From the IMG/VR virus record IMGVR_UViG_3300045988_111426: DNA of 64,000 nt. One strand, written 5' to 3'. This stretch comes from a virus. A program made the position numbers and the translations under genes. Positions within the stretch are counted from its first letter, which is position 1; each line of letters opens with the position of its first letter. The notes beneath the pieces were generated by a model. It saw only the letters and a program-made list of their open reading frames with translations, was not told the DNA's origin and made no database searches. Positions 8,197-17,512 of the stretch are shown here, in pieces.

Positions 8197-9339
8197 CTAT
8201 TCAAAGTCGAGATCGTCATCGATATCTTCCATCATGTCAGAGATCGATGGTTGCTTATCAGTCGGCTTCTTTGCAGGTGCAGGCTTTTCAGCTTCTTCCT
8301 TGAGGGACTTGAACTTGGACATCGTAGAGGAAGCTGGTTCTTCTCGTCGTGGAGATTTCTTCACTGGTTCTTCGACTACCTGTTCTTCGACTTCGATATC
8401 TTCATCATCGTACTTCTCTGTGGACACGACAGATTCACGGACTGCATCGGGAATGAATGGCTTCCCATAACATGCTTGATAAGCCATACCGAACCACTTA
8501 TCGTCATCAATGACATCACGGACTGCTCGATTGAGACGTTCAACATCGTCTTCCGTCATCTTCTGGAACATCGTCTGTGAAAGATCGGGAGACTTTTCCT
8601 TGAGGAAGTTGAAGATCTCCTGCTTGTCCTCATTAGAATCGGTCATTTCTCGTCCATCAATCGTGATTGCGGAACGATCATCGACGAATCTCGACTGCAT
8701 GTAGGTGTTAAGCTCTTGACCTTGATCATTCTGACCCTTGGAAAGAACCATGATGAATTCCTTACCATTGAGAGGATCGAATGGGATGATTGGATTGATC
8801 CCAAGAGCTGGGTTACCGTTGATGAGTTGCATGATCTTTTCATAGATCACACCACCGTATCTGAAGATCTTTACCGATCCTTCGAGTTCGGGATGTTGTG
8901 TGTCCTTGATGACCTGCACCAAAGAGTAGTGGTAGGTGTTGCGCTTCAACTGCTTTGCATTCTTCTTGACGATTGCAGGAGCATCTGATCTGTAGATCTT
9001 GCTCTTATCGTAGCCGAACATCATGAACGCTACAGATGCGATATCCTTCGCCTTAGGCTCGTTCGATGGTGCATCGATGTAGCACTTCTGCCCAGGGTTA
9101 TCTGGATCGGGAACGTAGTAGACGTGCTTTACTACGATGTTCGTGCGCTCTCCGTTGGGGGCGACGTTGACATTTGGTAGGAATCTCAGCTTTGACTGAT
9201 AGATGTTGTCCTTTACATTCTCGTCGTCGATGCGAGGAGAGTAAAAGTCTGGGTTGGAGAATTGGGTGGTTTCCTTCTGCTTGAAGTCATCGGACTTCAT
9301 ATCGAAAATCCCACCAAAATCAAAAACTTCGTTGCTCAT
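8197..9339 (-). CDS. single-stranded DNA-binding protein (T4 gp32-like)
   Basis: 'KLRFLPN...' and 'VKIFRYGGVIYEKIMQLI' parallel gp32 'VIRFLPS' and 'KVFKYRFGKKIWDKI'. Acidic tail 'DIDDDLDFE'. Start moved to the ATG at 9339 (MSNEVFDF). Confidence 0.7.
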   Translation of the reverse strand: MSNEVFDFGGIFDMKSDDFKQKETTQFSNPDFYSPRIDDENVKDNIYQSKLRFLPNVNVAPNGERTNIVVKHVYYVPDPDNPGQKCYIDAPSNEPKAKDIASVAFMMFGYDKSKIYRSDAPAIVKKNAKQLKRNTYHYSLVQVIKDTQHPELEGSVKIFRYGGVIYEKIMQLINGNPALGINPIIPFDPLNGKEFIMVLSKGQNDQGQELNTYMQSRFVDDRSAITIDGREMTDSNEDKQEIFNFLKEKSPDLSQTMFQKMTEDDVERLNRAVRDVIDDDKWFGMAYQACYGKPFIPDAVRESVVSTEKYDDEDIEVEEQVVEEPVKKSPRREEPASSTMSKFKSLKEEAEKPAPAKKPTDKQPSISDMMEDIDDDLDFE

Positions 9340-9417
9340 AATAATGATTGACTGATGATGTTGTTTAAAAGTTCTGTTTTCGAGTTTCTTATGAATCTGA
9401 CACAAACCATAGTTTCT

Positions 9418-11007
9418 TTAGATTATCGATTCATCGATTTCCATGACGATGTTGTCAGAGATCATAAACATGATAGCGACTGATATCGAGTTCTCGATAC
9501 AGTTTTTTATGACACGTGCCGAGTCAATGATACCGTCAGAGATCGAGTTGTACGACTTCTGACGTTTCTTGGCATCGTAACCGTATTCGTCGTCTTCCTT
9601 TACAAAGTAGAGGATTGATGATTCTTCTTCCTCTGATATGCACGAGTTGTCCATGATCTTCTTGAACACTGATTCAAGACCTGTTTTCATAATGTGGAAC
9701 GTGTCCAGTGAAGGATCAAGCGCAGAGATTAGTCTTAGGTACGTGATACCACAACCTGCAACTATTCCGTCCTTGTATGCCGATCTGATAGCACAAATCG
9801 CATCTTCAAGTCTGTCCTTGTGTTCATAGACCTCAGATTCAGAATTCCCACCGACCTTAATGACGGCAACTGATGATCTCAAGGTGGCTATTCTCTTCTC
9901 GATCCATTCCTTGTCTTCCTCGTCAGAATCCATCAGAGACTTTAGGTTCGAGATATGCTCTTCGACTGCAGACGATACACTTTCCTTGTCATTTCTGATC
10001 GTCGTGGTGTTTTTATCCACAAAGACGCTTCGACCGCAAGAGAAGTACTCTTCTGTAAACGAAAGAGGGGTGACGGACTGGTCTCCCACCATAAGTGGCT
10101 TCATACCAAGCGAAATGGAGAGGTCAGTGAGATATTCTTCACGCTTCTGTCCATAGTACGGAGGATTGACAAGACAGATGTTCATCTTTCCACTCTGATT
10201 ATTGGCGATCAATGTGGAAAGTGCTTCACCTTCGATGTTTTCCGCAATGATCAGCAGATCACGGACACCTGTACCGTAGATTCTTGAAAGCGCATTGAGC
10301 ATCGTCTTACCATCTTGGATCTTGTGATTTGTGATGAAGATTGCACAATCGTCAGATTCGAACGACATCTTTGACTTATCATTTACGAAATAATGAGACT
10401 GCCAACCACCGTCAAATCGGAATCCAGATTCGATCGAATAGGTTATATCAGAAAGCTGTGATTGTTCAAGAACGATTATCCCATCTTTGCCGATCTTCCC
10501 ATAAATCTCCGAAAGAAGACCTGCAAGTTTCTCATCGTTGTTCGTGGAGATCTTTGCGATATCGAAGACCTGCTGAATATCGACGATCGGTGTGGCAATT
10601 TCTCGAAGCTTTTCAATGAGGACATCCTTCATCTTTTCCATTTCGTGACGAAGTCGGTGAACATCGATCTCGGGATTCTCATTTAGAAGTCCGTCGATGA
10701 GTTTCATCATCGTATACGCCATCACAACAGAAGACGTTGTTCCATCACCTGCATCAACTGCAGTTCGCATTGATGCTTGCTTTACGAGCTGACAACCTAT
10801 GTTGTGCCAATAATTCTGTAGCTTCATCTTTCTTGCTACAGTCACACCGTCTTTAGTGACCTGTGGCACATCGTACGTGTTGTGCTTGATGATGACATTC
10901 CGACCACCAGGTCCCAGAGTAGACCCAACAACGTCGTGGATCGTCTTTGCACCAACGAGGATCAGCTCTCTGGCTTCTGATCCACTTTTTACATCTACAG
11001 CGTTCAT
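9418..11007 (-). CDS. groL: GroEL-type chaperonin
   Basis: 'TLGPGGRNVII', 'VTKDGVTVA' and 'DGTTSSVV' are colinear with GroEL 'TLGPKGRNVV', 'ITKDGVSVA' and 'DGTTTATV'. 529 aa. Confidence 0.9.
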   Translation of the reverse strand: MNAVDVKSGSEARELILVGAKTIHDVVGSTLGPGGRNVIIKHNTYDVPQVTKDGVTVARKMKLQNYWHNIGCQLVKQASMRTAVDAGDGTTSSVVMAYTMMKLIDGLLNENPEIDVHRLRHEMEKMKDVLIEKLREIATPIVDIQQVFDIAKISTNNDEKLAGLLSEIYGKIGKDGIIVLEQSQLSDITYSIESGFRFDGGWQSHYFVNDKSKMSFESDDCAIFITNHKIQDGKTMLNALSRIYGTGVRDLLIIAENIEGEALSTLIANNQSGKMNICLVNPPYYGQKREEYLTDLSISLGMKPLMVGDQSVTPLSFTEEYFSCGRSVFVDKNTTTIRNDKESVSSAVEEHISNLKSLMDSDEEDKEWIEKRIATLRSSVAVIKVGGNSESEVYEHKDRLEDAICAIRSAYKDGIVAGCGITYLRLISALDPSLDTFHIMKTGLESVFKKIMDNSCISEEEESSILYFVKEDDEYGYDAKKRQKSYNSISDGIIDSARVIKNCIENSISVAIMFMISDNIVMEIDESII

Positions 11008-11016
11008 TCAGTCTGT

Positions 11017-11274
11017 TTATCTTACAATGATTAATATTTCGTGTTCCTCTACTACCTTGAACTTATCTCCCTCAATAAGCACCTCAATACCAGAGAATTT
11101 GTTGACGATCACTTTATCCCCAACTTTTACTTCTGTGACACCCATCCCAACATTGGAGACTACGCCTGCAGTCTGGTCTACATCGTTGTGTTGTACCAGC
11201 TCGAAGCCATCGATCTGCTTTTCGACCTCATTGAGCTTTATGAGGATCTTTTTTCCTAAAAGTTTTATTTCCAT
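11017..11274 (-). CDS. groS: GroES-type co-chaperonin
   Basis: 85 aa; 'KILIKL..AGVVSNVG..VKVGDKVIVNKFSGIEVLIEGDKFKVVEEHEILIIV'. Starts 10 nt after... the groL stop lies 10 nt downstream of it (gene order groS then groL in transcription). Confidence 0.8.
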   Translation of the reverse strand: MEIKLLGKKILIKLNEVEKQIDGFELVQHNDVDQTAGVVSNVGMGVTEVKVGDKVIVNKFSGIEVLIEGDKFKVVEEHEILIIVR

Positions 11275-11281
11275 TTCTTTC

Positions 11282-12778
11282 TTAATGTCCGAAGTTATCT
11301 TTTAATATCTGCTTTAAGTGATTAATATCTGCTTTGATTTCTGCCTCTTTGTGTTTTGCTTCTACTCGTTTGTTGAACATGTTCGAGATCATGGTTCGAA
11401 TTGCGGAATCTCTGTTTTTTGAGTAAACTGCACCACTTGATGAATAACACATCGATTCGTCAAGTTCGTGCTGTTCACCCATCTTGTCCACGTAGGTTTT
11501 TCCCTTATCATCGGTATGACCGAGGTAAACATCTTCACCAACGTTCAACATCTGCATAATTGAGGGGAACAGTGATTCGTAGTCATAGATGACAATCCCA
11601 TCATAAACACCAATACCTGGTTGTAAGACGAATCCTGCACTGTAAGTTTCACCTTCGGGAATCTGCTTGTCATAATCCTTTACAAACACTTTGTTGTAAT
11701 GCTTGTAATAGTAGTCACACAAGAGTGTTTCAATCCCTACACTGACGAACATAGACTGTGCAACTTCGACACGTAGAAGATTTGCAAGAACGCTCATTGA
11801 TTCGAATGTTCTACACTTCTTATCGATCAATGCCACGAGGAACGTATCGATGATACCATAAAGCACGTAACGTTCATAGTCCTTCTCATAGAGTTCCATC
11901 AGAGTTTCGGAATGATGGATCTTCTTGACACCAAGGATCTCCGATGCGATAAAGTCGAGTGACATTGATGACTTCTGCTTAATCGATCTATCAAAGAACT
12001 CAAAGATTTGCATGTAGTCGATGATTGGTCGATGAAGAGGAAGTTCGATTTCAATCTTAGATGAATGATCAAACTTGTCTTTCGCAATCGTCGAGTAAAG
12101 CATTCTCTTCGGGGAGAGAATTGTAGGATCAATGTTCGTCTTCTTACATCTGTTGACGAGATATCTTGTATCGAACTTCAAGACGTTCCATCCGAAAATA
12201 CACGGCATCCGTGTTGCGTGATTCTCGACGAAGTCTTTGTTCATTGTGAACTCATCGGGGTAGTAAATGTAACGGAACTTATACCTCTGATGAAGTGTTT
12301 TATCGGTGATTTGTGAAAGATAGTCGTTGATCTTCTGTTCGATAGAGTCGATTTGTGTCTGTGAAAGTGGCTTGATCCCCATGACAGTACCATTCCCGAA
12401 TTCGTCACAATACTGATGCGTGAAGATTCTCCCTACAGGATTTCCAGCATCTGGGAAGTCATCAAAAACTTCCGTTTCGATATCCCAGAAGAACTTACGA
12501 GGTTGATTGTTTGAGAAAATCTTCGCTTGTAAACGTTCTGGTAGAGACAATAAGAACTCGATCTTGCGATATTTGTCGAGATAGGACTTACGTTCCTTTT
12601 TCACAGGGAATCCGTCTTGGGACACGTAAGTCTTATCTCGGAACTTATCATCTTCGGTTGTCTTTGTCCATACGTACTTTTCACGATCATCTATTGTTAT
12701 GTCAGATATCGCAATGTTTCCGTTTTCGTCGAAATAAGACACCGACATCTTGTCTCTGATCTGTTTACAATTGATCAT
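11282..12778 (-). CDS. family-B DNA polymerase, N-terminal half (3'-5' exonuclease plus motif A)
   Basis: ExoI 'FWDIETEV', ExoII 'FGWNVLKFDTRYL', ExoIII 'YGIIDTFLV', motif A 'YDYESLFPSIM'. The ORF stops before motif B. Confidence 0.85.
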   Translation of the reverse strand: MINCKQIRDKMSVSYFDENGNIAISDITIDDREKYVWTKTTEDDKFRDKTYVSQDGFPVKKERKSYLDKYRKIEFLLSLPERLQAKIFSNNQPRKFFWDIETEVFDDFPDAGNPVGRIFTHQYCDEFGNGTVMGIKPLSQTQIDSIEQKINDYLSQITDKTLHQRYKFRYIYYPDEFTMNKDFVENHATRMPCIFGWNVLKFDTRYLVNRCKKTNIDPTILSPKRMLYSTIAKDKFDHSSKIEIELPLHRPIIDYMQIFEFFDRSIKQKSSMSLDFIASEILGVKKIHHSETLMELYEKDYERYVLYGIIDTFLVALIDKKCRTFESMSVLANLLRVEVAQSMFVSVGIETLLCDYYYKHYNKVFVKDYDKQIPEGETYSAGFVLQPGIGVYDGIVIYDYESLFPSIMQMLNVGEDVYLGHTDDKGKTYVDKMGEQHELDESMCYSSSGAVYSKNRDSAIRTMISNMFNKRVEAKHKEAEIKADINHLKQILKDNFGH

Positions 12779-12807
12779 TTTCTCCGTGTTGTTTTTTGTC
12801 CTCTTTC

Positions 12808-13458
12808 TTATCGTCTCCGTCTATACATTCGTTCTATGTTGTCTTGGTGGAACTTTGGAAGAGAATCAAAAAACGCTTCATGGTCTGTTATCTTAAAGTA
12901 TTCGCAATAGATGCAAAAATAGAGCTTATGATCGAAATCGAAATCTATCATTTTCCGATAGACGACATCATAAAGATCAGAACGGTCATTCTTAAAGAAC
13001 GAGTTCATCAGCTTTTCGTATGGCTTCAGATGACTCTTATCTTCACGAGAGAAAGTACAATAATCGTCAGATACAACAACATCACCATTATGAAGTACAA
13101 AGTTTATCATAAATGGTGATGTTTTATCGAGATGACAAACGTTGTCGCCACATCTCACATGATTCATATCGAACGATCGTACGTACGAGAATCGCTTATG
13201 CTTGTTGATGATCGACTGCAATGATGAATAGAACTTTTCACAGAAGTTCTGTCTTGTTCTATATTCATCGGGGTTATAAATGTCATCAAGGAATTGATCT
13301 TGATAATCTTGATCAGCAGAGAAAGAAGTACCACAAGAGTTCTCCTTGTACATGTTACCACCAGTCTTCGACTGCGGTATGAAGAGCACATCCTCCTCCT
13401 GCTGTTCATCTTCTATCTTCGCCTTCGATGAGACATTGTTAGTAGTTGTTTTGTCCAT
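12808..13458 (-). CDS. hypothetical Cys/His-rich protein
   Basis: Start trimmed to the ATG at 13458 (MDKTTTNN), because the longer ORF overlaps the TerL nuclease ORF. Contains 'HVRCGDNVCHLDK' and 'YFCIYCEYF'. Confidence 0.45.
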   Translation of the reverse strand: MDKTTTNNVSSKAKIEDEQQEEDVLFIPQSKTGGNMYKENSCGTSFSADQDYQDQFLDDIYNPDEYRTRQNFCEKFYSSLQSIINKHKRFSYVRSFDMNHVRCGDNVCHLDKTSPFMINFVLHNGDVVVSDDYCTFSREDKSHLKPYEKLMNSFFKNDRSDLYDVVYRKMIDFDFDHKLYFCIYCEYFKITDHEAFFDSLPKFHQDNIERMYRRRR

Positions 13459-13462
13459 ATGT

Positions 13463-14281
13463 TTAATCGTAATAGTCTGATATGTCGAGTTCGTCATTTC
13501 TTTCGGCTTGTTTCCCGAGCTTCTTGTCGACCAGTTTCCAAAACTCGCTTGTGCAATTTTCACTGACAATCTCCACGAGTTCTGACCATTCTTCGATATC
13601 TCGAATGTTTACAACGTTTACACACGTCATAACACAATCGTCATGCCCCGAGCTTGCACGATATGAAGACGATTTTTCTGATCGTGCAAATGTCATAGCT
13701 TCTTGAATAGTCATAAACTCAGTAAGAACAAGCTGATTGTTCTTGAGCTGATCAGAGAATATCTTACAAGAATGTTGCTTTCGGGGTTCTGTTTGATATA
13801 TCCCAACTCTGAAAGTTCGGGCATTATCATCTCGGGCATTATAGAGAAACTTGCAGAATATGACATCTTCGTCGAGTTCATTCTGTTCTCCATAAATGTT
13901 CATTAGTGTGTTTCGGAAGTAGTTCCCTTCAAAGTTGTTCTCGATAACGATCTTCAAATTATCCTGCACCATGTAACCGTTTATGAAATGATACAGCCAA
14001 TTTGCACATTCTGGTGTTTCTACCATGTTCGATCTAAACATGGCGACTTGTACCAACTTGAAGAATGATTCTTCGTCGTTGAAGATCTTCACACCTTCAA
14101 TTTCTAAAGGTGTCATCGGTAGGACTTGGAAGAAGTTGATAATCGTGTAGTCACCACCTTTTCCCTCTGCAATGTCTATCGATAGAACGAATGCGTTGCG
14201 TTCATCTTTAAACCATTGAAGTTCGAATGATGGGTGAATGAAAAAGTACTGGTCGTATTCAAGGAGAACATCTTCAACCAT
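13463..14281 (-). CDS. terL: terminase large subunit, C-terminal nuclease domain (separate ORF)
   Basis: 'VLSIDIAEGKGGDYTIINFFQV' parallels T4 gp17 '[21 protein letters not shown]'. 'SSGHDDCVMTCVN' parallels 'EGYHDDLVMSLV'. Confidence 0.75.
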   Translation of the reverse strand: MVEDVLLEYDQYFFIHPSFELQWFKDERNAFVLSIDIAEGKGGDYTIINFFQVLPMTPLEIEGVKIFNDEESFFKLVQVAMFRSNMVETPECANWLYHFINGYMVQDNLKIVIENNFEGNYFRNTLMNIYGEQNELDEDVIFCKFLYNARDDNARTFRVGIYQTEPRKQHSCKIFSDQLKNNQLVLTEFMTIQEAMTFARSEKSSSYRASSGHDDCVMTCVNVVNIRDIEEWSELVEIVSENCTSEFWKLVDKKLGKQAERNDELDISDYYD

Positions 14282-14338
14282 TCTTCTGCCGTCTATCTTT
14301 TAATTTTTATAAATTAAAAACCTCTACAATTTTCATCA

Positions 14339-15475
14339 CTATAAAGACCCATCTTGGGAGAACACACCATTTACGAACTTCTTCTGATATTTCCCGAGCT
14401 TCTTGAGGACAGCCGTTGAAAGTAGAAGTGTCGATCCGCTCATAAACGAGTTACCATACTCTTGGTTAAAGTCGGCTTCAGAACCAAGGTCGGCAATCTG
14501 ATCAAGTCTCCATTGTTCGTCTCTGCCTTCGACCTCCCACCAGTCTATTCTTATTGGGTTGAAGTTGTTCTTACCATCGAGTGCATCTTGATAAAGCTGA
14601 TAGAACTTGTTCATACCTCTTGCCGTGCTGGTGATGATCATCTTCGACTTCTTACTTGCAGAAAGTGTAGGATAAACTACACGGAAGAACTCGTTGATGA
14701 TGTTTGGTTCAATAAGTGCAAACTCGTCAGCATAAAGGAGGTCGGCAGTTTCACCTGCACCAGAGTTCTCCGTGGCAGTTTCACCGATCAGTTTACAACC
14801 GTTGTCCCATTTCTTCTTGGATACGTTATCGACTTCAATCCCGAGCTTCATATAGAACGGAAGATGCATGAAGATCGAGTTTATCTTGTCAACAAGCTCA
14901 TCAACCTTGTCTGCGTTAGCACTAGTACAAAGAACAGTCTTGTCGTAGTTAGTCAAGATATACCATGCAATGAAAATGCCCGACATTACAGAGTTGTGAG
15001 AAAGTATGCCGTCAGAGAAATATGATAAAGTCTCATCCACGACAGACAGGTCGAACACGATCTGCTGATGAGACTTCTTGAGTGAAGAGACTTTCCGTGC
15101 ACCATCCATTGTCATTAAGATATCACCTAAAGAGAGATCTCGGACTTTCGTAGGTTGATAGCTTTCAAGTGAACTCTTGGAAGAATAGATGAGGTGATTA
15201 ACAGATCCACTGACTGAGTATTCACCTGCACCAACCTCCACGATGTCATGTACGGCTTTCAAATGAACAGAAGAAAGTGGCTTCCAACCGTTTATAGTGA
15301 GTGTTTCGTGGTTATCAAGTACAACTGAATCGATTATTCCGTCATCGTTTATTGGAAATCTCCAAAGTTTGTATCGTATTATTGTGAGGAAGATTATCAG
15401 TTTGTCGAGGATGTATTGCATGAAGTCTTTGAAAAATACAGATGAATGAGGATGCACTTGTTCGTACACCCTCAT
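14339..15475 (-). CDS. terL: Hint/intein domain fused to the terminase ATPase domain, which lacks Walker A
   Basis: Intein blocks 'SGSVNHLIY' (B) and 'VFDLSVVDETLSYFSDGILSHN|S' (F/G). The following 'SVMSGIFIAWYIL...LLYADEFALIEP...MIITSTARGMNKFY' is colinear with gp17 'TTVVAIFLAHFV...MIYIDECAFIPN...IIITTTPNGLNHFY'. No 'RQxGK' P-loop precedes it. Confidence 0.8.
   Translation of the reverse strand: MRVYEQVHPHSSVFFKDFMQYILDKLIIFLTIIRYKLWRFPINDDGIIDSVVLDNHETLTINGWKPLSSVHLKAVHDIVEVGAGEYSVSGSVNHLIYSSKSSLESYQPTKVRDLSLGDILMTMDGARKVSSLKKSHQQIVFDLSVVDETLSYFSDGILSHNSVMSGIFIAWYILTNYDKTVLCTSANADKVDELVDKINSIFMHLPFYMKLGIEVDNVSKKKWDNGCKLIGETATENSGAGETADLLYADEFALIEPNIINEFFRVVYPTLSASKKSKMIITSTARGMNKFYQLYQDALDGKNNFNPIRIDWWEVEGRDEQWRLDQIADLGSEADFNQEYGNSFMSGSTLLLSTAVLKKLGKYQKKFVNGVFSQDGSL
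14993..15328 (-). mobile_element. mini-intein / Hint module (aa ~50-161) at the TerL P-loop site
   Basis: C-terminal 'SHN' followed by a +1 Ser. No endonuclease domain. The N-terminal boundary is uncertain (possible block A 'SVVLDNHETLTINGWKPL'). Confidence 0.6.
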
Positions 15476-15499
15476 TCATCTTATAAATTGTTACCTATC

Positions 15500-16327
15500 T
15501 TATTTTTTGTTGATATCGAACTTTTCAGCGATAACAACGCACGTGGTTCTTAGCGTTTTATTCTCGACGATTAGGAACTTTGTATCTCTGCCCATTGCTT
15601 TCACGAACGCACAATCATAGACGTTTGTCGAGGAAAGATGCTTGAAGAGAATAGCAGGGAAGACAAAATCACCTGTGAATGAACCGTCTGTTGGAATATC
15701 AATGTTCCAACGATCTTCATATGACATAATCGTTGTCTGACCATCTTCAAACTTCACTCTAAACTTCGAGATCTCCTTGACCTTTGCCGATGCCTGTGAT
15801 TCAGAAGCGTACTTCATCAGTTTCTTCACGTCCGTCACGTCATTCTGAGAAAGACCAAAGAATGACAAGCGTTCTGTGCTTTGGAGCAGATTTTCCCAGA
15901 TGTCCTTCTGAAGATACGGAACAAGAGAAATGTCCGCCATTGGCATTCTTGAAGATTTTCTCTTGGATTTCACTTCAAGTTTCACCACAACAAGCGATTC
16001 TCCCTTTTCGTCACACGAAAGATTAATCGAGACCTGCTCATCATCCGTGTAGATTTTCAGAAGTTCGACAAACTTCTTGATTTCGATGAACGGAATCTTG
16101 ATGTGGCTATATTCCGACTTTGAGACAATCTCTTGGCACATGACATCGAAGTCTGATTCTACGACTTTCACGAAGTCACGTGTGATTGTATGACCACGAG
16201 AGACGATCTCATGCTTCCCATCTTCTGTTTTGTAGATATCAATCACCTGCTTCGACTTTATGTCGATGTCGTTGAAGAAGCTGATAAATGCTTCTATGTT
16301 GATGTTCCGAATTGTTACAATGATCAT
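15500..16327 (-). CDS. hypothetical protein (possible sliding-clamp-like)
   Basis: 275 aa within a replication/packaging context. Assignment rests only on size and a two-lobed pattern by eye. Confidence 0.25.
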   Translation of the reverse strand: MIIVTIRNINIEAFISFFNDIDIKSKQVIDIYKTEDGKHEIVSRGHTITRDFVKVVESDFDVMCQEIVSKSEYSHIKIPFIEIKKFVELLKIYTDDEQVSINLSCDEKGESLVVVKLEVKSKRKSSRMPMADISLVPYLQKDIWENLLQSTERLSFFGLSQNDVTDVKKLMKYASESQASAKVKEISKFRVKFEDGQTTIMSYEDRWNIDIPTDGSFTGDFVFPAILFKHLSSTNVYDCAFVKAMGRDTKFLIVENKTLRTTCVVIAEKFDINKK

Positions 16328-16329
16328 GG

Positions 16330-16785
16330 CTACTTTCCTATGTGTTGAGATTGATGATGATGGCTGATGTGGCTGATGTTGATATCGATCGATACGTCTT
16401 GCTTTATCTTCATCAAGAATTGTTCTATTCTCTTTTTTTCTTCTGCCTTATTACGTGTACCGAAGTTGTAATTCTTACCACGACCTTCGGGATATCTTTC
16501 ACGGATCTTGATGAGATTTGCTTCCATGACATCATCAATCGTGACACCAAGGAAATGACAAATGTTCATGAAGTAGAACAGAACATCACCGAGTTCGTCT
16601 ACGAGATCAACCTTCGAGATCTCCTTAGAATGGAACACTGCCTTCTTGACTATATCAGCAAATTCACCAGATTCTGACATAAGTGCCATTGTCATGTGAA
16701 TGAAGTCGAGAACCTTGTTGTTTGTAGGATTCTCGTTGAAGCAAGAAACGACAAATTGCTCGTATTCTTTTACTTTTTCATCCAT
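16330..16785 (-). CDS. mazG: MazG-like nucleoside triphosphate pyrophosphohydrolase
   Basis: 'MALMSESGEFADIVKK...LVDELGDVLFYFMNICHFLGVTIDDVMEANLIKIRERY' fits the all-alpha NTP-PPase pattern. The track start at 16800 is TTG; an ATG lies at 16785. His-rich tail. Confidence 0.75.
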   Translation of the reverse strand: MDEKVKEYEQFVVSCFNENPTNNKVLDFIHMTMALMSESGEFADIVKKAVFHSKEISKVDLVDELGDVLFYFMNICHFLGVTIDDVMEANLIKIRERYPEGRGKNYNFGTRNKAEEKKRIEQFLMKIKQDVSIDINISHISHHHQSQHIGK

Positions 16786-16832
16786 TTTTATTGTTATCAA
16801 TATGACTGATTTGTGGTATTCTTATATATGAC

Positions 16833-16865
16833 GAGGTCGCCATATCTTCTCGACATAGCGACCTC
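16833..16865 (-). terminator. 8-bp GC-rich hairpin
   Basis: gaggtcgc / gcgacctc, between 16907..17434 and mazG. Confidence 0.4.
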
Positions 16866-16906
16866 AAACTAATCAATCAAATCAATCAACAAAACCGACG
16901 AGATTT

Positions 16907-17434
16907 TTACTTCTTCGTCGATTTGCGTGCGGTAGTCTTCTTTTCCTTTGGTTCTTCTACCTTTTCTTCAGCCTTTTCTTCTACTTCCTTTGTGTCTTCG
17001 GTCTTTTCTTCCTTAGAATCGTCTTCAGCCTTTTCCGTAGTTTCTTCTGCGGTTTCCGTAGTTTCTTCTACCTTTTCCGTTTCGGTTTCGGTCTGTTCTT
17101 CTTCAATGTCTTCACCTTCCACCTTTATGGCGTGGAGCTGATGACCACCGAGGATACGGTTATACTTCAGTTCGAACGAATAACCATCAATAACTACAGA
17201 CGGACACAGAGCCATGAAGAGATTCGTCTGTGATTCCGTGACGAAGAGATGATTAAGAGATGAGAATGTCTTACCATCAAGCCACTTAGGGCTTTCAAGT
17301 TCACTCGTTATAAACTCTGCAACACCATCGGTGTTGAATTCACCATTGACAGGTGTAAACCAAAAGCCGTTAGATTCGATGCTTCTATCATCGATCTTTG
17401 ACTTCGTGATCTTGATATTACTAAGTTCAAACAT
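16907..17434 (-). CDS. hypothetical protein with E/T/K-rich low-complexity tail
   Basis: 175 aa with tail 'EEEQTETETEKVEETTETAEETTEKAEDDSKEEK...'. Late-promoter-like motif at 17460-17474 upstream. Confidence 0.5.
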   Translation of the reverse strand: MFELSNIKITKSKIDDRSIESNGFWFTPVNGEFNTDGVAEFITSELESPKWLDGKTFSSLNHLFVTESQTNLFMALCPSVVIDGYSFELKYNRILGGHQLHAIKVEGEDIEEEQTETETEKVEETTETAEETTEKAEDDSKEEKTEDTKEVEEKAEEKVEEPKEKKTTARKSTKK

Positions 17435-17459
17435 GTTTCGTTTCTTTTTTGATCAAAAA

Positions 17460-17474
17460 TTCTCATTATTTAAA
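17460..17474 (-). promoter_or_regulatory. late-promoter-like motif variant (TTTAAATAATGAGAA)
   Basis: 26 nt upstream of the ATG at 17434. Confidence 0.35.
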
Positions 17475-17512
17475 AGTATAAGAAGAAAAACCAATCAGAA
17501 AGATCAATCGAT

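Noticed and set aside
14282-14338. Read-through or frameshift fusion of the TerL ATPase and nuclease ORFs.
   Set aside because: The ORFs are in the same frame, but the 57-nt gap starts with TAG TGA TGA and contains further TAG and TAA codons. The nuclease ORF has its own ATG. The gap is too short for an intron. The two are treated as separate ORFs, although a sequencing or assembly artefact cannot be excluded.
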